Assembly: GCA_013239625.1 (NCBI GenBank)
Contig: MU053881.1
Span: forward strand, 16,050,373-16,114,372
DNA length: 64,000 bases
From: Lama guanicoe
Lineage: Eukaryota
Reading direction: 5' to 3'
How positions within the stretch are numbered: the stretch's first letter is position 1; each line of letters starts with the position of its first letter. The position numbers were made by a program, and so were the translations under genes. Positions 22,289 to 34,179 of this stretch are shown one piece after another. A model generated the notes under the pieces. That model had not been told where the DNA came from. It worked only from the letters and a program-made list of their open reading frames with translations, and ran no database searches.

Positions 22289-22402
22289 TGGATGAAGGTG
22301 CGGGGTTTCTGGAGCCGACTGAGGGACTGGAGAAGCCTACGGGGATCCTCACCCTGCCAGGGCAATCCTTTGATGGTCCTGATGATTTGGTCATGCAAAT
22401 CG
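22289..22402 (-). CDS. MYO9B: MYO9B exon ~15, loop-2 insert
   Basis: [38 protein letters not shown]; symmetric phase 2. Confidence 0.95.
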
Positions 22403-22919
22403 CTGGGGGGTGGGGGGAAGGGGGTGCAGTGACAGAGAGAAGACTGAGTTAGAGCAGCGGCCCGCCACCTGGGGGTCCCTGGCGCAGTCGGGACCATCCC
22501 TAGGCCACTGGAGCCAAAACATGCAGCCGGGGGAGCCTGCACGCTGCTGCCACTCCCTCCTACACTAAGAAGGGAGGTTCGGACAGGAGTGGCTGCCCAC
22601 ATCCAGAAGGCTCCTTCCTCCTCTGTAGTGGGGTGCGGAGTGTGGCTAGGCCACTTTGAGCTAAACAGAGATTGCAACATGGCATCTCGGATTGTTGGAA
22701 AAGGCTTCATGTTTAATAGCCGTTTGCAGACCGTAAAAAAGCATCAAGGGGCTACTGAAAACAGAAGATCGGGAGGTCTCTGTGGGAGGCAGCACTTTAG
22801 TTTCTCTTGGCATTTCTGTGGCCACATGTCAGCCTCTAAGAAATGCCTTGGGAGGAATGAATTGGAATTCACACAGGGGTTATTGAATGGGGCGACGCTG
22901 GCCCTTCCCCTGCCACCTC

Positions 22920-23066
22920 CCTAGGGGATGCTTGGTTGCCCCAACTGGGAGAGGGGGCGCTACTAGCACCTGCTGGGAGAGGGCCAGGGATGCTGCTCAG
23001 TTCCCTACAATGCACAGGACATCCCACCAGAGTGACCCCGCAGACGGCCGAGGGTGAGAAACCTTA
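22920..23066 (+). mobile_element. MER20 fragment
   Basis: ggccagggatgctgctcag...cctacaatgcacaggaca...gtgagaaacc. Confidence 0.7.
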
Positions 23067-23728
23067 GTTGAAGATCTTTACCCTACAGAATTCAACCTTA
23101 TCAGCTTTATTTCATTTGATCTCCATGAGTTCGGGGCTGAGCATACATCTTGGGTGTAAGAATAAGAATGGCTTTGAGAAAACGGAATGCTCTGAAAAAT
23201 GGACGGTTGTGAAAAATGTCTAGATCATAAATGTTTTGGACAGTAAGTACTTCTGGAAATGAGGTAGCGATGACTACAGGATGAGCTGGAAGGTTTTCTG
23301 TTTTTTGCTTTTATCTTTTTTAATTCCTCATTTCAGTTATTTTAAATACATGTTTAAGCTCCGGGCAGTTGGCCTGGGAAGACCCCGATCAGCAGCCCCT
23401 TGTCTGTGTTCCATGCACCATGCCCTGGGTCCGGATGGCTGCACTTACCTCTGCTCCCTTGCCCTCCAGGGAGGCACAGAGCAAAGACAACAGAGGGGTC
23501 ACATTTCACCTCTGCCCCTTGAGCGGTCAGTGCAGCAGCCAGAGCACCCACCAAGGCCCATGGCTTCAGCCCACACCCCCCCGACCAGGCCAAATCTGGC
23601 GAGAGTGGCCCCCAGCCTGTCGATGCCCTCTCTTTTGGCTCTGGATGCTGAGCTGAGCACCTCAGGACAATAGCTCCTCTTGGCATGCCTCCCTGGTCTC
23701 AGGTTCGAAGGCCCTTGTTTCTACTTAC

Positions 23729-23818
23729 TTCTTGCTTTCATAGAAAGCAATGATGTCCTCAAAAGCGTTAATATCGAACTCCTCAGAGCCGTCAAATGAG
23801 AAATCTAGCATTGAACAG
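23729..23818 (-). CDS. MYO9B: MYO9B 90-nt alternative exon in loop-2 insert
   Basis: ctccctttcag|C TGT ... AA|gtaagt; CSMLDFSFDGSEEFDINAFEDIIAFYESKK; symmetric phase 2 and stop-free; resembles a segment I recall from rodent Myo9b. Confidence 0.85.
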
Positions 23819-24873
23819 CTGAAAGGGAGAATCTGTATAAACTAAATGCGCTCTTGGGGTGGGACTCACAGCCCCAGGGGCCAGGCCCTAGGGAGACCAG
23901 GTGGGTCAGGGGCCACTTTCAAATAGGGGAAAGTGGTTTTTTGTTTTTGTTTTTCCTCTTCTCTCCTTTTGGCTGATTTAAAAGTGCACCTTTTTAAAAG
24001 CAGGAAAATGACATTGCGCTTTCAGACAAATGACGCATGGTCACTTACCGAGGTGCTAGTTCTACCTCCACACATGTGCCTTTATGAATCTCTTGGAGCA
24101 GTTTTTATTACAAAGTACTCAAAAATAAAATGACTCTTTCGGGTTTGAAAATTTAGTGACTTGCTCCTTGGGAATCCGTGAGTCTTGAGGAAGAAGTTGG
24201 GGACTCAGCTGCCCCAGGGCCTTTGCACACCCTGCCTGCTTTGTCTGGCCCAACTGGCCCCTTCTCAATGCAGCCTGCACAGCTCTCTCAGGCTGCCAGA
24301 GGCTTCCCTCCTCTGGCTTTGTCATGGCCTCAGGTGTCTGTCTAGTGTGGCCTTTTCCACCCCACCTTCCTGGAAGCACAGGCCCACTCACTTTTACAGC
24401 CAGTACTAACTGGGGTGCATGGAGGACCCCTGGTATTTGCTAGGTGGTCAAAAGACACCCTGTGTCATCGCACGTGCAATGATGAGTCTGTGTTTCTGAC
24501 TGACAGTGAAGTAACTTAGCAAATCTGCTTTCAGGACACCCCAGTCAGGCTAAGGGAGGAAATACTCTTAATATAAGAGACCACAGCCCTTTGGCCCCAG
24601 CCGCCAACGGTCATGACCAGCCATGAAAAGGATCCTTTGTAACTTGAGCTGCCCACACCTCCCCAGAGCAGATGATGCACGAGGCCTGCCTCTGTGCGCA
24701 GAAACGTAGCAACCAGATGCCACTACTTCTGGGTCTTTCTGGTTCAAGTGGCCTGTGGGTTCCTTATTCAGGTCAACCTCGACCTGCGTTTTAGACTGTC
24801 AGGTTTCTGGAGCTGTTTTAAACAATGCTGCTGTCTACCGGCCAAGGATGGGACAAATCAAGGGCTCGCTCAC

Positions 24874-24952
24874 CGGTACAGTTTTTCTGACGGGGTGCTG
24901 GCTCCTCTGTGCAGCTCTCCCAGGTGACTTCGGGGACCAGAGCTGCCCAGAC
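24874..24952 (-). CDS. MYO9B: MYO9B exon ~14, loop-2 insert
   Basis: GLGSSGPRSHLGELHRGASTPSEKLYR; cagcag acceptor. Confidence 0.92.
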
Positions 24953-25467
24953 CTGCTGGGGACACAGAGTGTATGGAGTTTGTTGGGTGGGTGGGGGGTC
25001 ACCTGGGGCCTGAAGGGCTTTGGAACTTTTCCATGGAGACTGTGATCCTGACTTAAATCCGCTAAAAAAAAAAAAAAAGCCTGACACTTAAACCTGGGCA
25101 GAACAGGGAACCAAGAAGCATTCCATTTCCCCCCAAAACAGTACCACATCTATTTTCTACTCAGAAAGGCTTTAACCTTTTGGTCTTCCTTTTAATCAAC
25201 ACCTTTCCTAAAACGGAACGCTGGCTGTGGCTGGTATCTGGAGCTGAGTCACCCCGAGACAGCACTCAGCCCTTCTGGGTCCTTACAGAAAAATTATGAT
25301 ACATCTTGCTGCCCTGTGATGACAAGGAGGTTAAATTATACACCCTGCTACAGAATTTCCCTTTGGCATGAGAAAAGAATTTGGGAGCTAGATAGAGGTG
25401 CTAGTAGTACAACGTTGGGAACATGGTAAATGCCACGAAAATTTACACTTTAAAATGGACTATGAGC

Positions 25468-25578
25468 AGGGGTTGGGGGTATAGCTCAGTCGTAGAGCAT
25501 GTGCTTAGCATGCTTGGGGTCCTGCATTCAATCCCTAATACCTTCACTACCAAAAAAAAAGACAAAAAAAAAAAAAAA
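25468..25578 (+). mobile_element. tRNA-Ala-derived SINE
   Basis: gggtatagctcagtcgtagagc...A-tail; TSD ggactatgagc on both sides. Confidence 0.88.
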
Positions 25579-25630
25579 GGACTATGAGCGTCCCCCTCTC
25601 GACAGTGACATGAGTGGGGACCCCTCCTAC

Positions 25631-25835
25631 CTGCAGCCTTCTCGGCCCTCTCAGCCCGAAGGCGCCCAGCCTCCCGGAGCACGGCCATGGCCTGGATGGC
25701 GGCCCGGAGCACCGCCCAGCGGAACACGGCTACTGGGTCCATGCCGATGAGCTCCCGCACGTAGGAGCTGTCGCTGCCCCGCAGGAGGGCCACGATGTCC
25801 GGCCGCATGTAGTCCATGTTCTTCTCCCGGAAGTC
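25631..25835 (-). CDS. MYO9B: MYO9B exon ~13
   Basis: [68 protein letters not shown]. Confidence 0.97.
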
Positions 25836-26156
25836 CTGGAGGGGGAACGGAGGCGGGTAGTCATTTGCCAGTGCTGGCCGAGGCCCTGGGGGCCAACACG
25901 GGAAGAAGGGCTGGCAGTGGGGCGGGGCCCATCTCAACGAGAGAGAGGCGGTTCCTGCCTGTGAGGCCCTAGACAGTAGAGCCCGAGGTTTGACGCTGGG
26001 TCTGAGCGCCATGGAACCTCGGCCAGCAAAACCGATCAAGAAGAGGGACGGAGCAAGTGCCAGAGGGAAGGGGCCCCCAGGGCACCCACATGGTCCCCTT
26101 CCCGCCTCCCAGACAGAGCGTGACTTGACTGACGATGGAGACAGACAGATGCCTAC

Positions 26157-26298
26157 CTTGATCTGATATTTCACCTTCCCTGCGAAGTGCTGGATGATGA
26201 ACGCCGGCTCCATGACGGGCGTGCCGAGGAAGTACCTGTTGTCCTCGTGCTGCTGTTTGAACTTGGCCAGCAGGGTCTGGCTTGTGGCGTGGGGAAAG
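26157..26298 (-). CDS. MYO9B: MYO9B exon ~12
   Basis: [47 protein letters not shown]. Confidence 0.97.
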
Positions 26299-27279
26299 CT
26301 GGGAAGAAGATTTGAGACCTTTAATGGCAGGGACAGCAGCTGGGCATCTGCTCTGCAATCCAGGTTGCGGACCCGCCGCAGATGAGGTAGGCAGGTGCCC
26401 AAGCTGCTCTGGGTTGAGCACGTGGCCGAGGGTGGGGAACCTCTGCTTGGTTTGCAGAGGCCCAGGGCAAAGGGGTGCACTCAGGGCTGCGGAGCAAACT
26501 TGGAACAGGTAGAGCAGCCCAGTGCCCAGGCTGGGTGGCCCACAAGAATGTTCGGTTCCAGGCAAGACTGCGACCTGGGCCCACCATGGTGCAGCTCCTG
26601 GAATTATCCCGGGCCTGGGTGACTTCTGGTTGCAGATGGGTCTGTACCTGGATGCTTAAGAGTGGGTCTTGCCTGTGCTCCCTTGTTAGAAGGAGGGGCC
26701 AGGGGCAGAATAAGGGAGCCGTTGTACCTGGCTATTTCAGCCTCCCAGGAAGAAAATGCCACTGTTGGCTTTGGTAATGCCCTGCCTGTGCCTGGCCTCA
26801 CCACAAACACGGGCAGCAGAATGTGCCTCCAAATCCCTGATGCCCAGCTTCATGACTTCATGGGGGGCATGGGGGAGATTCTTTAGCTATGAGGCACATC
26901 TTTTCCAGGGCCAGGGTGTGGAGAGTGAGACACCCGTTCACTCAGTTGTGGAAATAAATAACATTTCAACATACTATTTTAGGAAATCCCATTCAATGCA
27001 CACATACAAACAAAAAAAATCCATGATGGACTGAAATAGCAAGATTTTAAACAAAGACAGATCTGACCCTGCTCAGCTGGGCCCTGCTTCACATGCCTTC
27101 CCCAGATTTGTCTCTGGGAATTTCCTGGGAGTGACGACTCAGCCCATTCTAGCACCTTGACCCCAAGCTGAACATTCTCTCCCCAGATCCCGGCCTAGAA
27201 TGGATGTGTCTCTCCTGTCCCAGGTGGGACTTGGTCTGAGGCAGGAGGTGAGCCTGATTTACCCCAGCCCTGAGGGGCC

Positions 27280-27712
27280 TGATAAGGTTGTTGATAAAAA
27301 GATGTCCTCGTCCTGACCCCTCAGAACCTGTGTATGTGACCCTGTTGCAAAACAGGTCTTTGCAGATATAATCAACTTAAGATGAGGTCATTAGGGTGGG
27401 CAGTAATTCAATACCACTGGAGTCTCTATAAGAGGAGATGAGATGGAGAGAAGGTGCTGTGGCTAGTAAGGCAGAGACTAGAGTGATGCGGCCACAAGCC
27501 AAGAACACCTGGAGCCCCGGAGGCTGGAAGATGCAAAGAAGGATCCTCCCCTAGAGCCTTGGGAGGGAGCATGGCCCTGCTCACATCTTGACTTTGGCCC
27601 ATCACTACTGATTCTGGACTTCCAGTCTCCAGAACTGCCAGAGAATAAATCTGTTGTTTTAGGCTGTCTGCTCTGTGGCCATTTTCTACAGCAGCTACAG
27701 GAAGGAAGTTCA
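27280..27712 (+). mobile_element. MLT1C/D-type solo LTR
   Basis: ggtctttgcagat...gccacaagccaag...ctggacttccagtctccagaactg...aataaat. Confidence 0.8.
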
Positions 27713-28135
27713 GCAAGTGAATTTTAGTGTCTGTGATTTTAGGAACTCCGGCTGGGTGACTGAGCATGAAGCACCTTAAAGATACCCTGTCCAGGCTTCA
27801 TCGTGTCCTCAGGGGAGAGTCTGGCATCTAGGCCCCTGATTCTATGCATTGCCCTTTGCAAGGAGGCACCGACCCTGTGCTCAGTGTCTAGATTCAGGTC
27901 CCACAATCTTCCCCCGAGAACTCCCGGGTGGGTGTGTTTCTGAGTTCACAGTGATTGAGAGCGTTAATATTTCTGTGGTGAAATATTCTGCAAACGTGAG
28001 ATCACGATTTCTGGCCACGTGAGTCTGAGCAACTCAGCCGTTCTCAGGATGGTGTGGACTCGGGGTGAGGCTCTGGGGTTGTGGAACAGGACTGAGTGCC
28101 CAGATCTGCGGACACACGGGGCGGTGGATACTTAC

Positions 28136-28257
28136 TTGCTCTCTTCGTCCAGCAGATAGAAGAGGCCGGTGGGCTTCTTGCTGATCAGATGGATGCAGCC
28201 AACGTTGTCTGTGTAGTCAATGTTGTGCCACGAGATCCCTTCGCTCTGGTACTCCTC
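28136..28257 (-). CDS. MYO9B: MYO9B exon ~11
   Basis: [41 protein letters not shown]. Confidence 0.96.
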
Positions 28258-28364
28258 CTGTGGGGTCCGAGGGGCATCCGGTTAGTTCATCAGTTCACGG
28301 ACACATTAATACTGACCGAGCACACGCCGTATGTAAACAAAGTGTATTTACGTATGCACGCACA

Positions 28365-28615
28365 TGTTTATGTAAAACATAACATTTATATTTAATGTAG
28401 TTATTTACATATTAAATTAATATATATTAACTATAATATGACATATAGTTAATATATATTAAATACATTTAATGTAAAAAATAAAATGTATTTAATATAT
28501 GTTAAATATATTTAATAAGTTAATAAGCATATAAATATGTGTGAATAACAGAACGCATATTAAAATGCCAATAGGAATACATTAATATGTAAAATTATTA
28601 GATAAATTAACAATT
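28365..28615. repeat. AT-rich / (TA)-like low-complexity tract
   Basis: Almost pure A/T. Confidence 0.85.
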
Positions 28616-28688
28616 AGCTACAGGAAATAGAACATACATTTTCTAAGATCTATCACAGCAAAGTGCTTAGAATTCCACTTAAAATCAC

Positions 28689-28855
28689 TCAGGGGTCGGC
28701 AAACTTCCTTTGTAAAGGGCCAGACGGTAAATATATTAGGCTTCACGAGCTCGGGGGTGTCTGCAATGATTACTCGGCTTTGTTGTTGTAGCCAGAGAGT
28801 GGCCACAGAGGCTACGCGAACAAATGGGCATGGCCACGTGCCGGTACCTTTCACC
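28689..28855 (+). mobile_element. MER58A
   Basis: caggggtcggcaaact...gtaaagggccagacggtaaatat. Confidence 0.8.
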
Positions 28856-28874
28856 TGCCCTGCTCTGGAATCAC

Positions 28875-29200
28875 AACGTCCAATAGTCGTATAATGTGAG
28901 TGCCCTGTATCACTTCAAATTTTCTAACACCCACATTAAAAAATGTAAAAAGAAACAGGTGAGGCTAATGTTTAACAACAGACTTAACTTAATCCAACAC
29001 ATCAAAGGTGTATGATTACGTCAACATGTAACTGATATAAAAAATTATCGATGAGGCATTTTACATTCTCCTCCCACTCTGAATCCCACACTACGTCTTT
29101 GCAATACACTGTGTATTTTGCTCTTCTTGCACAACTCCATTTGGACCAGCCATATTTCAAGTGAGAAACGTTGAGTTTTGGCCAGAAGGAGTGATAGTAA
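28875..29200 (+). mobile_element. MER33 hAT element
   Basis: gtccaatag...cacattaaaaaatgtaaaaagaaacaggtga...agccatatttcaagtg. Confidence 0.75.
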
Positions 29201-29621
29201 AATTAGCCAACTATCTATATAAATCAATCAGTTTTCTTTCCGTGTTGGAATCAATCATGTGGAGGATGATATTTGGGTAAAGACAGCTGGCTATTTAGCA
29301 GTGAAAAGACATGTAAGAAAGGCTATTATTTCGCTGATCAAAGCAAATCCTTACAGCGCAACTCAGTTTCTCTCCACTGAAAGGACTTTCACATTTGAGC
29401 AGAGAAAAGGTACAAAATCGGCCCCAAATATCCCTGACATTTGCCTCATCCTGGGCTGGGGGGTTGGGGAAGGGAGCAGAATTTTTCCCGGACTCTCCCT
29501 TTTTTGCAGAGAAAAATTCTGGGGCAGTTTTGCTGACAAACCAGGCCCCAAGGGAGATCCCAGTTCTGGCTCTTTCCGCTCCTCCTTGGGCTGGATGGCC
29601 CAGGAGCTGGTATTTCCTTAC

Positions 29622-29756
29622 CTGCTCCAGTTTAAAAATGTGCTGGTTGAAGTAATACTGGAGCTGCTCGTTGGCGTAGTTGATGCAGAATTGCTCAAAA
29701 CTGTTCCTCTCGAAGTCTTCAAACCCAAAGATGTCGAGGACCCCGATGGACAAGCA
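29622..29756 (-). CDS. MYO9B: MYO9B exon ~10, switch II / relay helix
   Basis: [45 protein letters not shown]. Confidence 0.98.
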
Positions 29757-30022
29757 CTGGGGGGAGGCGGAGGAAGTGGTTATTACTGGTAGATCCTCCT
29801 GTGGGAGCAATCTGTTTGGTGGTGAGGGCCTGCTCTGCTGTTGCTGCCTAGGACCCCATAATACGAAACAAGGAGCCCTGTGTTCTCATTCTGAGCTGGG
29901 CCCCAAGAATTGCATCCCATCCCGTTCCCTGGGAGGAATCTGCCTCTCGCCCGATGACGCTGAGTGTGGCCACCTCGGCTCCCGATGTCACCGGTCTCCG
30001 GAGGAGGGTGTGTGGCACTCAC

Positions 30023-30139
30023 TGAGACGGACTCTTCCATGTCCTTCTTGTTAAGGAGGGCGTGGTTGATCCGTAGCACGATCCAGTCGAATAGGGCGCT
30101 GTACAGTGACTTGGCCATGGAGTCACGGGCGGTGATGGC
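30023..30139 (-). CDS. MYO9B: MYO9B exon ~9
   Basis: [39 protein letters not shown]. Confidence 0.97.
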
Positions 30140-31035
30140 CTGTGGGGCACAGAGGGGGAGTCACACCTTGGCAGAGAGGGCCCCAAGGTCTGCACACGTT
30201 GGGAGATGCAGGTGGTGACTTTCCACACTCAGCTCATCCAGTGCACCCCCTCTCACTTTACATGCCATCCCGTCAGCTTGGACGCCCTTGCACACTCACG
30301 CGTGAAGTGTGAAGCCCTGACCCAGCAGCCTGTGGTTTGGCCAAGTCTTTCTCTCTCCTTGGAACTCCTAAGTCTCTCTCCCTCCTCAGAGCTGGGGTGG
30401 GAACGCCAGCTCAGGGAAGGCGCCATGGGAGAACTAACCATGAGGCTGAGCTAGGTTCAAAGCCAGGCCCCCTGCAGTTCTGGGAGGCCCATGAGGCCGC
30501 CTCTGGGGGCCTAAAAGCAGTGATGGCTTTTACAATTTTTTTAAAAAGGCTTGTTTGAGGTCAAATTTACACATAAGAAATTCCTTTTTTGTATGTTCTC
30601 AGATCTAAGTTGTGACAAGACTTCTTCGGCTGCTATCAAGATCTAGAACAAGTCCCTCTGGTTTTGAGGAAATGGGGTCAGGAGGGGCGCAGCCCCAGCG
30701 CCTAAAGTTTTTCCATTCAGCTCAACACCTCTGGGGGGCAGCTGTGCTGCGGTCTCAGGTGACCTGCAGCCACTTTCTTGTCCCATGGCTGGGTGCCTTT
30801 GCCCACTCGAGCTCCGCCTGCCCAAGCAGCTTCCACCATCAGCTAAAAACCTCCCCACCCCCGTGGCTAGGTACTTTCCTGCTGCTCTCCACGCTGCAAA
30901 GTCACATTGCTCTTGAGGTGTAAAAAGGCAAAAAAACTCGCCTCAGAGAAAACATCCAGGCTGGGGCAAAGGCCATAGAGAGGCACCTTATCAAGACTGA
31001 GGGGCCCACGTGATTCTTGTAAAGGTCATACTCAA

Positions 31036-31210
31036 GCCCTGGGGTTGACAAACTTTTTCTGGCAAGGGCCAGTCAGCCTGTGTTGAACTACTCAGCTCTG
31101 TCGCTGCGGCAGGAGAGCAGCGTGTCAATGAATGGGTGTGGCCATGTGCCAATAAAGCTTTATTGACAGAAGCAAGTGGTGGGCCAGGTCTGGCCCCGCG
31201 TGCCCACCAA
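31036..31210 (+). mobile_element. MER58A
   Basis: ggggttgacaaactttttctgg...gtgccaataaagctttatt. Confidence 0.7.
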
Positions 31211-31450
31211 GCAGCTAGAAACACAGAGACCAACATACATGGCCCTAGCTCTGGCCCTCGAGCTGTCTGAGCTGGTTTGTACCCCACCTGACCTTACATG
31301 AGAACCATAGGTGGCTGCAGGGTTCTCCTCCATCACTTTAGGGGCAGGCAAAAGACCACCCATACTAGCTGTTCCTGGAGGACCACCCCTTCGTCCTGCA
31401 CTCATACTTTGGGGGGCTGGCACCCGACGAGAGCCCAGAGCAGTGCTCAC

Positions 31451-31540
31451 CTCACTGAGACTATAGGGAAGGATGAGCTTGTCATTGGAGGTCACTGTTT
31501 TTCTTTTGGTCAGAACTTCCACCAAGATTTCTCGCTTCAC
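31451..31540 (-). CDS. MYO9B: MYO9B exon ~8
   Basis: [30 protein letters not shown]. Confidence 0.96.
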
Positions 31541-31570
31541 CTGTTTCAAGGTCAAGGAGAAAGAGAGGCG

Positions 31571-31807
31571 AGGAGAGATAAATTAGGAGATCTGGGGTTA
31601 ACAGATACACACTATATATACAAAACAGATAAACAACAAGGTCCTACTGTATAGCACAGGGAACTATATTCAATATCTTGTAGTAACTTATAATAATGAA
31701 AAGAATCTGAAAAAGAATATATATGTAACTGAATCACTGTGCTGTACACCTGAAACTAACACAATGTTGTAAACCAACAATACTTCAATTAAAAAAAAAT
31801 AAAAAAA
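31571..31807 (+). mobile_element. Cetartiodactyl-type L1 3' end with poly(A)
   Basis: aacaaggtcctactgtatagcacagggaactatattcaatatcttgt...aactgaatcactgtgctgtacacctgaaactaacaca. Confidence 0.9.
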
Positions 31808-32311
31808 GGTTTTAAAAAGCGAAGGGGAGAGGGGTTGGAGAGCTTGTTGATTGGATCCTTCTGCCACTGAGGCAAAGCCTGAGGAGGGTGGGAGAAGGAC
31901 CCCAGCAGCCAGGGCGGGAAGGGGGCCCAGAGTTCACCCTCAGGGCTGCCAGCCCACAGTGTGTGCTGCGCTCAGCGTGTCGCAGAATGATCACACCCAC
32001 AGGTTTGCTCAACGGCCCTGAGAGTGTGGCCGCACGGGCCTGGGTGTCACTGCAGGCCTTGGGCTCAGGTGCCGCCTGGCGACCTGCGTTTACAGCTGTT
32101 GCTGTTGGTGGCGGGTTCCTGCCGTGGGTGTGGGGGCTGAGCGAGGGGCTGAGCGCTCCCTGACTGCCAAACCCTGTCCATGAGTGGGTGGCAGTTAAGA
32201 GACGGGGTGGATGTGAAGGGGAGGGCTGTCCCAATCTGCCGGCAGACATGCTCACTCACCCACAGGAATACGACAGAAGCTGGGGCTTCTACATGCAGGC
32301 ACACCATTGCG

Positions 32312-32389
32312 GGGGGGGGGAGGATTTGGTTGGTTTGTTTGGTTGTTTATTTAATAGAGGTACTCTACCACTAAGCTATACCCTCCCCA
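32312..32389 (-). mobile_element. Internally deleted tRNA-Ala SINE
   Basis: SINE tail fused directly to head: gaggtact|ctaccactaagctataccctcccc. Confidence 0.75.
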
Positions 32390-32434
32390 GCCAGGCACAC
32401 CTTCTTAAAGAGCCACAGATGGCATGCATGCTTA

Positions 32435-32612
32435 GAAAACAGCCCTGGCACCACAGGCATTTGGGAATAGGTCAGTCTTTGCTGTGGGCGACTGTCCTGT
32501 GCATTACATCATGTCAAACAGCGTTCCTGGCCTCCATCCGCCAGATGACAGTAGTACCCCAGCCCAAAAAGATTCCAGACATGGCCCTATGCTTCCAGGG
32601 TTGAGGACCAGT
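32435..32612 (-). mobile_element. MER20
   Basis: ctgtcctgtgcatt...cctggcctccatccgccagatgacagtag...gttgaggaccagtg. Confidence 0.7.
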
Positions 32613-32849
32613 GGATAAGAGGATGGATGGATGGATGGTCCAATGAGAAAATGACCTCATAAATCAAATGATTTTCTAAAAATTAAAGTACAGTAAATTT
32701 ACAATATTGTGTTAATCTCAGGTATACAGTAAACCGGTTCAGTTATATATAATATATATAAACGATGATACTAAAGAGCCTTTCAAGTGAGGGGCTGAGG
32801 TAGGAAGTGGCCCTTCCCAGAAGGGAGTCCTTCAGAAATGAGGACAGGG

Positions 32850-33313
32850 TGGATGTTGAAGCTGCTACGCTAAGTGAAATGAGTCAGACAGAGGAAGACA
32901 AATACTGTATGATCTCACTTACATGTGGAATCTTAAAAAACAAAAAACCCCAACCCCCCTAAGCTCATCAGTACAGAGAACAGATTAGTAGTTGCCAGAG
33001 GTAGTGGGTGAGCAAAATGTGTGAAGGGGTCAAGAGGCATAAACTTCCAGTTACAACATAAGTCATGGGGATGCAGTGCACTGCGCGGTGAGGATCATTA
33101 ATAACACGGTATTGCATAATTGAAAACCACTAAGAGAATAGATCTTAAAAGTCCTCATCACAAGAGAAAACAATTCTGTAGCTATGTATGGTGACAAATG
33201 TTAACTAGACTTATTGTAATGATCATTTTGCAACGTATACAACTACCAAATCATTATACTGTACAGCTGAAACTAAACAAATGTTGTATATCAGTTACAC
33301 TTCCATTTAAAAA
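32850..33313 (+). mobile_element. L1MA9-like LINE 3' end
   Basis: ctaagtgaaatgagtcagacagaggaagacaaatactgtatgatctcacttacatgtggaatct...gatcttaaaagtcctcatcacaag. Confidence 0.85.
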
Positions 33314-33399
33314 GATCTCTCACTACATGGAAGCAACTATGATAGACAGCTGGGATGTTTTCATCATTTTCAGAGATTATGCATTCTTTATGAATACTT

Positions 33400-33458
33400 A
33401 AAAAATTTTTAAAAAATTTTTTGGGGGAGGTAATTAGGTATTATTGTTATTGTTACTG

Positions 33459-33503
<45 letters not shown>

Positions 33504-33587
33504 CTTAATAGAAGTACCAGGGATTGAACCCAGGACCTTGTGCCTGCTAAGCATGCACTCTACCACTGAGCTATACACTCCCCTCTC
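33400..33587 (-). mobile_element. tRNA-Ala-derived SINE with expanded (ATT)n
   Basis: Perfect 14-bp TSD ctttatgaatactt at 33386-33399 and 33588-33601; (ATT)n at ~33461-33503. Confidence 0.92.
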
Positions 33588-33821
33588 CTTTATGAATACT
33601 TTTGTATTTCTTTTGCTGCTTGCAAACATGCATTTCCAAACTTGAAATATAGGTGTGAACAATGTGTACCAAAAAAAAAAAAAAAGAAAGAAAGAAAGAA
33701 AGAAAGAAATGAGGAAGGGACACTGCAGAGAAGGCAGACAGGCCTCACTTTACAGAAGTGCAGCCATTGCAGGAAGTTCTGGGTCTCGGCGGCCACCGTG
33801 GCTGGGGACAGGGAGCAGTAC

Positions 33822-33951
33822 CTTCAGGAGCTGCGACAGCGTGTCCAGCACCTCGGGGGGCCCAACCTCCAGGCCTTCGTCTCGGCCCGTGGCTCTCTTC
33901 TTGTAAGTGACGTTGCCCAGATACAGGATGGCCGAGAGGATGGAAAAAATC
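33822..33951 (-). CDS. MYO9B: MYO9B exon ~7
   Basis: [43 protein letters not shown]. Confidence 0.97.
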
Positions 33952-34179
33952 CTGTGGGGGAAGAGGAGCCTAGGTTGGGGCAGATTCCCCAAGCGTAAGA
34001 TCACAGAGGCTTCCAGGGAACTGGGCTGAAGCTTCCCGTGAACTGGGCTAAATTCGTAAAGCCAGGTCTGAAAAACGTTCAGTCCTCTGTGAGGGACTCT
34101 ATGGAATGGGACTTTGGGTGCATATATCTCTATTGTTTTTGGCAGTAATGGTGGTGATGGAGTTGGTGGGGGCTTAAAT

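Noticed and set aside
25443..26480. 345-aa ORF as one coding unit
   Set aside because: It is two true exons joined by a chance in-frame intron, and it runs on into a SINE.
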